Assembly: GCA_018649885.1 (NCBI GenBank)
Contig: JABIHA010000138.1
Location: forward strand, 1-64,000
Length of the DNA stretch: 64,000 nt
DNA from: Bacteriovoracaceae bacterium
Lineage (GTDB): Bacteria; Bdellovibrionota; Bacteriovoracia; Bacteriovoracales; Bacteriovoracaceae
Reading direction: 5' to 3'
Within the stretch, counting starts at the first letter, position 1, and the number at the start of each line of letters is the position of its first letter. Shown piece after piece: positions 39,834 to 49,711 of this stretch. The notes under the pieces are model-generated. The model did no database searches. It was not told where the DNA came from and worked only from the letters and a program-made list of their open reading frames with translations. A program made the position numbers and the translations under genes.

Positions 39834-41399
39834 CTAGAACAAGCGCTCTAAAATTTTAACCATATGCTGGTTAAATTTGGATTCACTCTTTGAAACAACT
39901 TCCAGTGCTTTTTGATGGTTTCCTTCGAGTTTAGAAAGAGCTCGGTCATAGAAGTTTGAAAGTATGGTTATCTGAGAATAAATAGAGAGTTGATTTTTCT
40001 TAATTCCTCGTGGGTAGCCACTCCCATCACAGTACTCATGATGATCTCTAATGACTTCAACTACCTTTTCGCTTACTTCGCCTAAGTTTCCAATAAGTGA
40101 GACAGATAAATTGACATGCTCTTTGTATTTGAGCTTTTGTTCATCACTTAGCGTTTCATATGGGGTATTGTCCATACCCAGCTGAGCAAGACCAGCGTCA
40201 TGTAATAGACCTGAAACAACGAGGATATCTCTTATTATAGATGAGTCACTAGGAAACTGGTTTTGGAATACCTTAAATTGAGGCGCCAGCTTTGGTTCCT
40301 CAGTGACCAATAAAATCTCCCTGTACATTGCAAAACTAAGATTGGCGACATTGACGGCATGTTCAGATATTCCATTTTCATTTTGGTTGTTAAAAATATG
40401 CTCTATATTGCTTTTTGAGTCATCACTTAAAAATTTGGAGATATAATTTGAGGCATCTTTTATCCCCTCAAAGCTTTTCTCATCAAGCTTTTTATAGGCA
40501 TCACTAACCTTTGAAGCAGCGAATTTATTAATGACCTCGGCAGCAGTATTCTTTTCACCCGAATTTGAGCTTAAAATGTCGTCTATGTATTCATCTAGGT
40601 AGTGCTGGTAGGCCGGCTCATCTTCAGCGTGAATATAAATTCTTTTCACACCGTGCTTACCAAATGCTTGAATGTGACCTTTGGTAATTACCGTTCCTTT
40701 TTTTACTATCACCTTTTTAGGGTCCGCCTGGGAAAATGTGTCAAAAGGAAGAGCTTTTCCCACTAAAATGATTTTGACTCTTATGGGGACAAGCTTGGGA
40801 GCATTTACTACATTGATCACTTTTTTTATTTCAGTGGGGACAGCTGCTAGGTCGCTTCTTTTTAGGTAGAGGAAACTTCCTTCCGCCGGCATTTTAAATC
40901 TTTCACCATCAGAGCAAATACTTTCAAACGAATCCTTTGACTTTTTGTAAAGAGCAATAGGCGAGATTTCAAAAGAGTCCAGAAAATCAATATGGACAGG
41001 GACAATATTACTGGCTTTGGAGTTAGCTATTGAATAATTTTTTATAATGCCATTTATAGGAGCCGCTACATTTTTTATCGGATGGATTTCTAAAAGTCCG
41101 AGCTCAATAAATGGATTGTAGCCATTAAATACTTCTTCTGTAATCATTACAAATTTTACAAGAGATCCTTCAATGTAGATTTGAATAATCGAATCAAAAA
41201 TATCTTTTAGTAAGTTCCTAGTTTGCAAAATGAAAATTGAGGGGATCTCACTTACTGAAATCTCCATCACTGCATTTAAAAAATTTGGTAGTTCCGTAAT
41301 TTCTAGTTTTGATTTTTCAATAAGGCCTACTACTTGATCCAAAGCATCTGATTTTTCGTTCTCATTGACAAAAAATACTTTTGGAGCGACTTTGGCCAT
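39834..41399 (-). CDS. HD-GYP domain protein
   Basis: EHAVNVA, LLHDAG, HHEYCDGSGYPRG; ATG 41399 likely start. Confidence 0.85.
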   Translation of the reverse strand: MAKVAPKVFFVNENEKSDALDQVVGLIEKSKLEITELPNFLNAVMEISVSEIPSIFILQTRNLLKDIFDSIIQIYIEGSLVKFVMITEEVFNGYNPFIELGLLEIHPIKNVAAPINGIIKNYSIANSKASNIVPVHIDFLDSFEISPIALYKKSKDSFESICSDGERFKMPAEGSFLYLKRSDLAAVPTEIKKVINVVNAPKLVPIRVKIILVGKALPFDTFSQADPKKVIVKKGTVITKGHIQAFGKHGVKRIYIHAEDEPAYQHYLDEYIDDILSSNSGEKNTAAEVINKFAASKVSDAYKKLDEKSFEGIKDASNYISKFLSDDSKSNIEHIFNNQNENGISEHAVNVANLSFAMYREILLVTEEPKLAPQFKVFQNQFPSDSSIIRDILVVSGLLHDAGLAQLGMDNTPYETLSDEQKLKYKEHVNLSVSLIGNLGEVSEKVVEVIRDHHEYCDGSGYPRGIKKNQLSIYSQITILSNFYDRALSKLEGNHQKALEVVSKSESKFNQHMVKILERLF

Positions 41400-41524
41400 T
41401 TTTTTCCTTAAACATGTTTTTATCCAATTATAACTCAATTTGTGGTCTGAATAATTGTTTTTATGGGTTATGATTGGAATCAATGCTTAAAAAAAATTGT
41501 TTTCAAGAAAGCACAGGGGGAATT

Positions 41525-42409
41525 ATGGAGCCAACTTGGGAAATTGAAGAAAAGATGTATAACAACACAGAGAAGTTTAAAGGTGATTTTTTTGATCGGT
41601 TTTCTCTTAGGCACAATAAGGCCCCTTTGAAGCTTACTGATAGTATTGAGAAGAACTATCTATTTCCTACATTTTATGGAGATGTCACTTGTGCTGTGGG
41701 GATTTTCTTGTGTGACTATGAGAAAGCAAAAAAGGTAATGCTTCACCCAAAAATTGAGCCAGTGAAAATGCCAAAAGGTAGGGCACTTGTTATTTTTTCT
41801 TGTTATGAGTATCAAAGTGTTTACAATATTGCTCCCTACAATGAAGTCGCAATGACAATTCCAGTTATGTTTAACCCCGGCCTTAATATACCCGTTTTAC
41901 CAATTGTTATGCCCCAGCTTTTTAATAACTTTGGATACTATGTTTTTTCCATGCCGGTGACTTCAAAAGAAAACCAACTCAGAGGAACCAAAATTTGGGG
42001 TCTTCCCAAGGTGACTGAAAGAATTGATATAGATGTTAAAGACAACCACTCACATACTCGCGCTTATGATGAAAAGGGAGAGATCTATTTTGAGCTAAGT
42101 GTTCCAACTGATGGAAAGAAAACTCACTTTGATGTGAGCTCTCCTCTATACACAAAAAAAAATGGTCATCATTTACAGAGCTATACTAACTTTCAGGGTG
42201 ATTTTTTTGTGAATAAAAATATGAGTCTGTTGTTTGATGGCTCCCCTGATCGTTCTTTTGAAGGCAGTCCATTAAAGTTGGGAAATTCTCCGAGAGCTAA
42301 TTTGTTAAAAGAGTTAGATATTATTCCCACTCCTTTTCAATTTAGATATTGCTACAATATGTCTAGTTGCTTTGACTTACCGAGTGAAGGATTTAAGCCA
42401 AGTATTTAG
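41525..42409 (+). CDS. Acetoacetate decarboxylase-like family protein
   Basis: PYNEVA, MPVT, GTKIWGLPK. Confidence 0.75.
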   Translation: MEPTWEIEEKMYNNTEKFKGDFFDRFSLRHNKAPLKLTDSIEKNYLFPTFYGDVTCAVGIFLCDYEKAKKVMLHPKIEPVKMPKGRALVIFSCYEYQSVYNIAPYNEVAMTIPVMFNPGLNIPVLPIVMPQLFNNFGYYVFSMPVTSKENQLRGTKIWGLPKVTERIDIDVKDNHSHTRAYDEKGEIYFELSVPTDGKKTHFDVSSPLYTKKNGHHLQSYTNFQGDFFVNKNMSLLFDGSPDRSFEGSPLKLGNSPRANLLKELDIIPTPFQFRYCYNMSSCFDLPSEGFKPSI

Positions 42410-42633
42410 TCACTATCACAGCCATAAAGGCATGAATCTACAGAGTCGACTCTTCCCCATGGGTCATTAAATTCAGCCGGTACATTAGGGTCTACTTTTT
42501 TTGCATATTCCCATGGGCAGTTTTGGCATCCACTTTGGCAGCAGTAACCTCTTTTTTTCAGGTAACTTCCACTGAAAACCATTTCCCCGTTTTCATTAAA
42601 CTCAAAATCTTCACCCTCTTTTAGCTCTTCCAT
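42406..42633 (-). CDS. DUF5522-like small Cys-rich protein
   Basis: VFSGSYLKKRGYCCQSGCQNCPW. Confidence 0.8.
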   Translation of the reverse strand: MEELKEGEDFEFNENGEMVFSGSYLKKRGYCCQSGCQNCPWEYAKKVDPNVPAEFNDPWGRVDSVDSCLYGCDSD

Positions 42634-42750
42634 TATAAATGGATACCAAAAATTTGGGTGAGTTGAAAGGCACGCGCGCGGGTGCCGCCGCGCGGATTTG
42701 CCATATGTCACCATTTGCGATCAAATACGGCCAAAATGATAGGGGGAGTT

Positions 42751-43923
42751 ATGAAAAAAGCGGTACTACTAGTCTTAGTATTTTCTGCAGTGAGTGTGTT
42801 TGCCAAACCACTGAACTACTCACTACAAAGCTGCCATCTTAAGAGCAGCTCCCCTGATAAAATCAATATCGTTTTTGTTCCCTCAGGATTTAATTCTGAC
42901 AAGGTGGCCTTTCAAAAAAATGTTGAAAATACAGTTAAAGTTTTTGAGAGCTTTGACCCAGTCTCTCCTGCTATCGTAGGCCTTGAGTACTCTATGTCCT
43001 TTGCAGGTATAGAGAAAAAAGCATTTTGCAAATTCAATTGCAGTGGCATCAAAAGACTTCTTTGCTGTGATGTAAAAACTTCAAAAAAAATGGCAAGCTC
43101 TTGCGGACCCTATGTAGATCAAGTCATTGTAGTCCACAATTCATTGCAATACGGAGGGGCTGGCTACAGATCAAAAAATGTGGCCACAACATCTATTCAC
43201 CCTAAGTCTGCTCTCGTTGCAGTTCACGAGCTTGGGCACTCACTATTTAAATTGGGAGATGAGTACACCTCTGGAAAGGGAACACCTTCTAACTCAGCTA
43301 ATTGCCAGGATAAAACTTGCACTAACTGGAGTGATCTTCTTAAAGATAGAATGAAGGCCGTAAGTTGTGGAGGAAGTGGCTGTAAAGGTGGTGCCTACTA
43401 CACAGCGGGAGAGACCATCATGAAATCTCTAACTCTGCCTTTTCTCGCCTCCAACGAAAGAATCTCTTGCTGCGTATACAGAAAACGCCTTAAAAACTTG
43501 CCTGCCTACTGCTCAAAGTTTTTTAAATATGGAAGAGGCCTCGATAATTTCTGTGACTCTGTAAATAAAATCATTCCCCCCACAATGAATGCCAGGACAC
43601 TTAATATCAATTTACAAAAAATAGATGGTTCGTGGAGTGTGCAACAATCCTTTATAAGTGACCGCTTTGTTCCCGAAGACCAGGCCCTAGAAAAGCAAAT
43701 AGAAAAAAAGAAAGTGTTTAAAGTCGTGATTGCTGGCATTGAACATAACATATTAGTAGCCGAAACTGAGGGCGTTGAGTATCACACTGGTGACAGTTTC
43801 GAGAATGCTCAAATCCAAAACCTGTATAGCACGGCCCAAATCGTCCTAGGTGAAAAGCTTGATTTTACAGGTCGCTTTGAAGTCTTCGATGGTGGTGAGT
43901 TGATTTATAGAGGTAGTTACTAA
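42751..43923 (+). CDS. Secreted M64-like metallopeptidase
   Basis: INIVFV..GF, YGGAG, HELGHSLFKLGDEY, TIM. Confidence 0.85.
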   Translation: MKKAVLLVLVFSAVSVFAKPLNYSLQSCHLKSSSPDKINIVFVPSGFNSDKVAFQKNVENTVKVFESFDPVSPAIVGLEYSMSFAGIEKKAFCKFNCSGIKRLLCCDVKTSKKMASSCGPYVDQVIVVHNSLQYGGAGYRSKNVATTSIHPKSALVAVHELGHSLFKLGDEYTSGKGTPSNSANCQDKTCTNWSDLLKDRMKAVSCGGSGCKGGAYYTAGETIMKSLTLPFLASNERISCCVYRKRLKNLPAYCSKFFKYGRGLDNFCDSVNKIIPPTMNARTLNINLQKIDGSWSVQQSFISDRFVPEDQALEKQIEKKKVFKVVIAGIEHNILVAETEGVEYHTGDSFENAQIQNLYSTAQIVLGEKLDFTGRFEVFDGGELIYRGSY

Positions 43924-44100
43924 GGGGCCTAGAGCAAGACCTATGAGACTTAGAGTGTTGGTTGCATCTAGTCCCAAAATTGTGGACGTACCTAGATATA
44001 AATAGTACCTAAATAAAACGACGATGCTGATCAGGGCCCTTGATAAGGAATCATCGGTTCGGTCCGGTGTGGTTAAGTTAAATAATGTGAAGGAGTAGAA

Positions 44101-45168
44101 TTGAAACTTGCATTGTGTGTTGTAGCCTTTTCTTTAATCAATTTTTCTTATGCCTCAAGTCTGAAGCATGATTTAGACAAAATTATTTCAAAATACCAAA
44201 AGGGTAACTCCTTTCAGGGGACTGTAAAGGTTTTCAAAAAAGGAAAAGAAATTTACAGGAAAAATCTAGGGTTTGCGAGTGTTGAACATAAAGTTAAAAT
44301 TCAAAGTGACACTGTTTTCCAGGTAGGCTCTCTAACAAAACAGTTTGTTGCTGTTGGTATTTTAAAGTTATTTGAGATGGGGAAAATAGATCTGGATGGT
44401 AATGTCTCTCAGTATTTGAAAACTCCGAAGCATTGGGAAGATGTTACTATACACCATCTATTGACTCATACTTCAGCACTCAAAAGAAATGCTCCTATTA
44501 CAACTAAAGAGTCCAGCGCTTTTCACACACTTAAAGATGTTTTCGACTCGATTTCATCAGAATCCCTTCGTGATAAACAAAAACCTGGTGACAAGTTTGC
44601 CTACAGTAACGCAGGTTACTCAGTGCTAGCTTATATTATCGAAGTCGTATCTCAAAAAAGTTATCAGGAATTCATGAATAAATTTGTTTTTGGGCCTGCG
44701 AAATTAAATTCTACTGGAGTATTTCACCAAAGTTTGATTGTTCCTAATCGGGCAGAGGGATATGTTGTATTCAAGAGTAACGATTATAGGGCATGTTGTT
44801 TTGACTATACAAATACATATGGTGCAGGGGATGTTTACTCTACTGCAGATGAGTTATTCAAATGGTATACATTACTAAAGTCAAATCTGGTTATTAGTAA
44901 AAAATCTTTAGATTTATTATTCACAGAACATATTCAACACTCGAGACAAAGCTGGTCTTATGGGTATGGGTGGATTATTGATAAGTACAAAGGGAGTGAT
45001 ATTATCTGGCATAATGGATCAGTTAATGGATTCTTAGCAGATCTGAGCATCATGCCAAACAAAGAGATTTTTACAGTTATATTGTCTAATAAAGTCGTGA
45101 GGCCTACAACTTTCTACTTAGATAAATTCAGGAATAATCTCATAGATAGAGTATTGCTAGAGAAATAA
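44101..45168 (+). CDS. Secreted serine hydrolase, beta-lactamase/AmpC-like family
   Basis: FQVGSLTK, LLTHTS, YSN, HNG. Confidence 0.9.
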   Translation: MKLALCVVAFSLINFSYASSLKHDLDKIISKYQKGNSFQGTVKVFKKGKEIYRKNLGFASVEHKVKIQSDTVFQVGSLTKQFVAVGILKLFEMGKIDLDGNVSQYLKTPKHWEDVTIHHLLTHTSALKRNAPITTKESSAFHTLKDVFDSISSESLRDKQKPGDKFAYSNAGYSVLAYIIEVVSQKSYQEFMNKFVFGPAKLNSTGVFHQSLIVPNRAEGYVVFKSNDYRACCFDYTNTYGAGDVYSTADELFKWYTLLKSNLVISKKSLDLLFTEHIQHSRQSWSYGYGWIIDKYKGSDIIWHNGSVNGFLADLSIMPNKEIFTVILSNKVVRPTTFYLDKFRNNLIDRVLLEK

Positions 45169-45232
45169 AAAAACAATATTTTATGGAGATACTCGCTTCA
45201 AACAAGAAACTAAAGGAAGGTACGCCTAAATA

Positions 45233-45571
45233 CTAAATTTTCTGCGTAATTTTTTCTAAAGATTTCGAACCAAAGTCTAAAACAAATTGTCTGGTATTGT
45301 GGTTCTTGCATACAAGTCTTAAATTATCTAAGGTATTTTTCCCTCCCTTTGAGTAGGGCGTGATGTGGTGATCAAATTCCAGGTTTCTGGATTCAGTGCA
45401 CTTTCCCCTGTGCATGCTAACATGCTCGCATGTGTAACTCGCCCTTTTTCGAATTTTTCTTTTTATCACTTGGGGGATATACCTCGAACTCACATTTTGT
45501 ATTGGAGAAGGCCTTCGAATTGCTTTTAGTTCACACTTCCTAACTTGCTTTAATTTATTTTCAAGGGCCAC
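45233..45571 (-). pseudogene. HNH endonuclease, probably N-terminally truncated
   Basis: SRYIP, C...C, LEFDHH...GG...NLRLVCKNHN; in-frame stop ~12 codons upstream, no RBS. Confidence 0.7.
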
Positions 45572-46314
45572 TTCAAGTAATTTGATTATGGATGTTGAAT
45601 GATATTAAAGAAGTATTACCTGGCCAGTTTTAAGGAGTGTCACAACCACTAAAAAAGAATCCCATCTCGCTTTCCTCCTCTCAAAATAGAATGGAAAATC
45701 ATCTCCCAAGCACTTTCTCTTAATAAAACCTATCACCAAAGTCAGCAATTCCAGAGATGAAATCCCTCCCTAAATCTTCCCATAAAAGAAGTCCTCAAAA
45801 CCATATATCAACTACACAATCTTCACATCACAAAACTCGTCAAAATACCCCTAAACTATGCCGTGATAGAAGGGCCGCCACCAAACTAATTATGAAACTC
45901 AACCTTCCTACGGCCCGTGAACTACAAATCTCTTTCCCTGAACTTCTTTGAATGTATATTTGATGGAACATCTATACTGATTCTTAAAATGATCAATTTT
46001 AGTTTCTTTGGGTAGATTCACTCCGATGAAATTCTTGGCACCTTCACACCAATGGCACTTAGCGTGTTCCTAGTATCAAGTTCCAAAAGTATGTACCAAT
46101 GCAAATGATCTACGAATGATCAATCTTTTGACACAATAAAGTAAACAATGAAAAATATTCATGAAAAATATCATTAACAATCTCTCCCGTCATTTTACTT
46201 TGAAAATCGCTAAACTTATATCAACAACAAGGGATCGCTTATCATGACAAAAATTGGTCCAAGATTTATAAAATTGAAAAGGTACTAAATCAAATTTCTC
46301 AAGAGGAGCTTGAA

Positions 46315-46908
46315 ATGAAAAAAAATTTCACATTAATTGGGCTTTCTTCTCTAATGGCCTTTCCACTATTTTCTGCAGAGGTCAGTGCTGATGAAGAAGC
46401 TGCTCTATTTAGACAAATCATTCATCAGGCTCATGCAAATTTAGAGGTTGGCCAAACATCTACTTATAGATCTGCCGTTAAAGGACTTAATAATGCTTAT
46501 CCTGAGTGCTGGCTAGAAGTAAAAAGAGAGTCTACCGTGAAGTCTATTTCAAGAACTGATTATGGTGGGTATGTGAATAGATTAGAAACTATTGTTCCAT
46601 CTAAGTTGGCCTTAGGTACTGAAGTAGCAGAAGTCGACTCTGACAATTCAACACAAGAATGTCAGGGAATGCAGTTCATTGGTGTGCCTAGTTCATATGA
46701 AGTAGATGAGCAACTATTAGCAATTGATCATAGTTGGATTTTAGGCAAATATGGATTTGAGTTAACAAAAGGACTATCTATTTCAAGCAACAAAGATGGG
46801 CAAATGGTTTTAACATACAAGAATGAAAAAGGTGAAGTGGATCTAAATCCAAGCCACTTGGTGCCATATTCATTAAGAATTCCTGGAAAAGTTTATACTC
46901 TTAACTAA
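46315..46908 (+). CDS. Secreted hypothetical protein
   Basis: GAGGAG RBS, signal peptide. Confidence 0.75.
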   Translation: MKKNFTLIGLSSLMAFPLFSAEVSADEEAALFRQIIHQAHANLEVGQTSTYRSAVKGLNNAYPECWLEVKRESTVKSISRTDYGGYVNRLETIVPSKLALGTEVAEVDSDNSTQECQGMQFIGVPSSYEVDEQLLAIDHSWILGKYGFELTKGLSISSNKDGQMVLTYKNEKGEVDLNPSHLVPYSLRIPGKVYTLN

Positions 46909-46977
46909 TAATTTGAATGCTTTATGTCGTGGGCAATAGCTCATTATCCACGATGTATTCATTCTCCAAAACATTGC

Positions 46978-48282
46978 TTATAGCATCTTCTCTGCAAGAC
47001 CCCAGTCCACATCTTCAAGATTATTTACACCAGCAGCAAGCTTTTCAATTGTCTCTTTGTTTTTTATTCCCTGATCGTAAGCTTCTTTGTAAGGTCTGAG
47101 ACCATAGACGACCATTCTATACCTTGAGTTGAATCGATCTGGAAATCTGTTGACAAGTTCCTTTTCAATTTTCTTTTTGAATAGGAATTTCTCATCTCCC
47201 ACGTGTTCACTCATTTCACGGTAATTTTCGATGGCCATGGTGGCGATGGCGTCACCGTTGGGTTTTTGGAACTCGGTGTATTTAGAGAATGCCTGCTCAA
47301 GAGTTTCACTATCGTCTAGGATTTCTTCTAAAACCGTGCAGTCTTCAAAGCCCGCATTCATTCCCTGTCCAAAAAATGGAACTATGGCATGAGCGGCATC
47401 GCCTATCAGGGCGACTTGGCCTTTGTAGTTCCACGGGAAAGATCTAACGGTGCCTAGTTTACCCACAGGGTTTTCAGTGAACTGCTCTAGGTAATCTTTC
47501 ATCAGGGGGATTGCACTGGGATAGAATTTCTCAAAGTAACTCTTTGCTAGCTCTTTTGTTCTCAGGTGATCAAAGTGATGCTCACTGCTTGGTGGAATAT
47601 AAAGAGTTACTGTAAAGCTTCCCTTTAAATTGGGAAGCGCCATGAGAAAGTGATCTCCTCTTGGCCATATATGAAGAGCATTTTTTTCAATTTGATAGTT
47701 GCCGTCATTAGTGGCGGGCATATAGAGCTCTTTATAGTCGGCATCGAGCCACTCTATAGTGCTTTCAACTAAGTTTTGTCTTTCAAGCTCTTTTCTTACC
47801 ACTGAGCCCGATCCATCAGCTCCGAAAATGATATCTGAAGTGAATTTTCTATCCCCAAATTGGATTTCATTTTTATCAACGTCTAAGTTGGTGAGGTCGT
47901 GATCAAAGAAAAATTTGGCCCCAGCTTTTTCAGCGAGATCTATCAAAATGATATTGAGCTGTCCCCTCGAAATGGAGTAGTTGCACTCAGAGTTGTCTTT
48001 ACCGTAGGGTTGGTAAGTTGTTTTTCCCTCTATATCGTGAATCATTCTTCCAAATACGGGAACGGACTCACTTAGCACTTGATCTTTAATATCTAAAAGC
48101 TCTAATGCTTTGATTCCTCTGGAGGTGATAATTAAATTAATTGATCGACCTGAGTCAGCTCCGGCGGTTCTGGGATCAACACGCTTTTCAAAAACATTTA
48201 CACTATGGCCTCTTTTCAGCATATACAGTGCTTCAAGGCTGCCTACTAGACCACCACCTACTATGGAAACATTTTTACTCAT
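46978..48282 (-). CDS. kmo: Kynurenine 3-monooxygenase
   Basis: GGGLVG, GRSINL, NALHIWPRG, GDAAHAIVPFFGQGMNAGFED. Confidence 0.95.
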   Translation of the reverse strand: MSKNVSIVGGGLVGSLEALYMLKRGHSVNVFEKRVDPRTAGADSGRSINLIITSRGIKALELLDIKDQVLSESVPVFGRMIHDIEGKTTYQPYGKDNSECNYSISRGQLNIILIDLAEKAGAKFFFDHDLTNLDVDKNEIQFGDRKFTSDIIFGADGSGSVVRKELERQNLVESTIEWLDADYKELYMPATNDGNYQIEKNALHIWPRGDHFLMALPNLKGSFTVTLYIPPSSEHHFDHLRTKELAKSYFEKFYPSAIPLMKDYLEQFTENPVGKLGTVRSFPWNYKGQVALIGDAAHAIVPFFGQGMNAGFEDCTVLEEILDDSETLEQAFSKYTEFQKPNGDAIATMAIENYREMSEHVGDEKFLFKKKIEKELVNRFPDRFNSRYRMVVYGLRPYKEAYDQGIKNKETIEKLAAGVNNLEDVDWGLAEKML

Positions 48283-49535
48283 GATGTGTGCTCCTCAATG
48301 ATTTCTACTAATTTGTGGACCTCTGAATATGTATTGTAAAGAGGTGCCGGAGTCATTCTTAGTATATCGGGTTCTCTAAAGTCACAGATAACATTTTCAT
48401 CCTTAAAAACTTCCAGAAGTTTTTTGGGATTATTTTTAAAGCGAAGGCAGAGCATGCTACCTCTGCTACCTGACGGTGATATCACTTGGGCCTTGTCAGC
48501 TAGCTTGCTCTCAAAAAGATATTCCATGTAGTTTGTAATTTGGTGGCCTTTTTCAACAATTCTATCCATGGTATTTTCATAAAAAATTTCGAGGCTCGAT
48601 CTAAGCGAAGCCAGTTGAAAAATGGGGGGATTTGATAACTGCCAGCCCTGAGCTCCCTCAATGCCTTTAAAGTCGGGACCCATTTTAAATCGACTTTCTT
48701 TGTCGTGTCCCCACCAACCACAAAATCTTGGAAGGTCCCCTGCTGCATGATTTTCGTGGACAAATGCAGCTGCAAGACCACCAGGGCCTGAGTTTAAATA
48801 TTTATAGCCACACCAAACGGCAAAATCGACGTTGTGCTTGTGCAAATCTAGTTTTAAATTTCCTGCTCCATGGGCCAAGTTGAATCCAGCCAGTGCTCCC
48901 TTTTCATGTGCTTTTTTGGTGATGGCCTCAATATCAAAATATTGGCCACTTAAGTAATTGCAGTTACCCAGCATCACAAGTGCTAGCTCGTCGCCTAATT
49001 TGTCGATGGTTTCAAGAACTTGCTCTGGGTCCACTGTCAGCTCACCTGGTCTTGGACATAGTTCAACGATTGTATCTGATGGGTCAAAGCCGTGAAATTT
49101 GGCCTGGGAATCAACTGCGTACTTGTCAGAGGGAAAGGTGTTATTTTCAATGAGTATTTTGTAGCGAGTTTTAGAAGGCCTATAAAATGAGACCATCATT
49201 AAATGTAGATTAACTGTCAAAGTGTTCATGGTGACCACTTCGCTCTCTTTAGCACCCACAATGTGGGCCTGCATTTTTGTTAGGTTTTCGTGGTATGGAA
49301 GCCAAGGGTGTCTGGCATCAAAGTGACCTTCAACACCAAATTCCGCCCAGTCCTCTAGCTCTTCGCCAATATAGTCTTTGGCCTTTTTGGGCATAACTCC
49401 CAGTGAATGGCCTGCGAAGTAGAGGTATGGACTTCCACTTTTGGTGTGGGGCATGTGAAAGAGCTCTCTTGTATGAGAGAGAGGGTCATTTTTATCAAAC
49501 TCTTTTGCAAACTCTTTGTCAGTTCTAAATTCCAA
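48279..49535 (-). CDS. kynU: Kynureninase
   Basis: GHSLG, MNTLTVNLHLMM, LAHGAGN, WCGYKYLNSGPG, GWWGH, SNPP. Confidence 0.95.
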   Translation of the reverse strand: MEFRTDKEFAKEFDKNDPLSHTRELFHMPHTKSGSPYLYFAGHSLGVMPKKAKDYIGEELEDWAEFGVEGHFDARHPWLPYHENLTKMQAHIVGAKESEVVTMNTLTVNLHLMMVSFYRPSKTRYKILIENNTFPSDKYAVDSQAKFHGFDPSDTIVELCPRPGELTVDPEQVLETIDKLGDELALVMLGNCNYLSGQYFDIEAITKKAHEKGALAGFNLAHGAGNLKLDLHKHNVDFAVWCGYKYLNSGPGGLAAAFVHENHAAGDLPRFCGWWGHDKESRFKMGPDFKGIEGAQGWQLSNPPIFQLASLRSSLEIFYENTMDRIVEKGHQITNYMEYLFESKLADKAQVISPSGSRGSMLCLRFKNNPKKLLEVFKDENVICDFREPDILRMTPAPLYNTYSEVHKLVEIIEEHTS

Positions 49536-49711
49536 TTAAATTCTCCAGGTATGTCTGTCGGCTACACTACGACCTTTTTTTTTATCTGAAAATGGCAAGA
49601 TGCGTCCTGGCAAGGCGTCACAGGCACTTTTTACTGCTCAAAATATGACGGGGGTAATAAAAATTGTTATGTTCTTCAGCAAACTTCAGCATTTTCAAAG
49701 GGGCCGCCGTA

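Noticed and set aside
44101..45168. Antibiotic-resistance beta-lactamase
   Set aside because: Motifs only show the broad serine-hydrolase family, which includes peptidases and esterases
45757..45951. 64-aa ORF as a real gene
   Set aside because: Lies in skewed, decayed sequence with no recognisable motif
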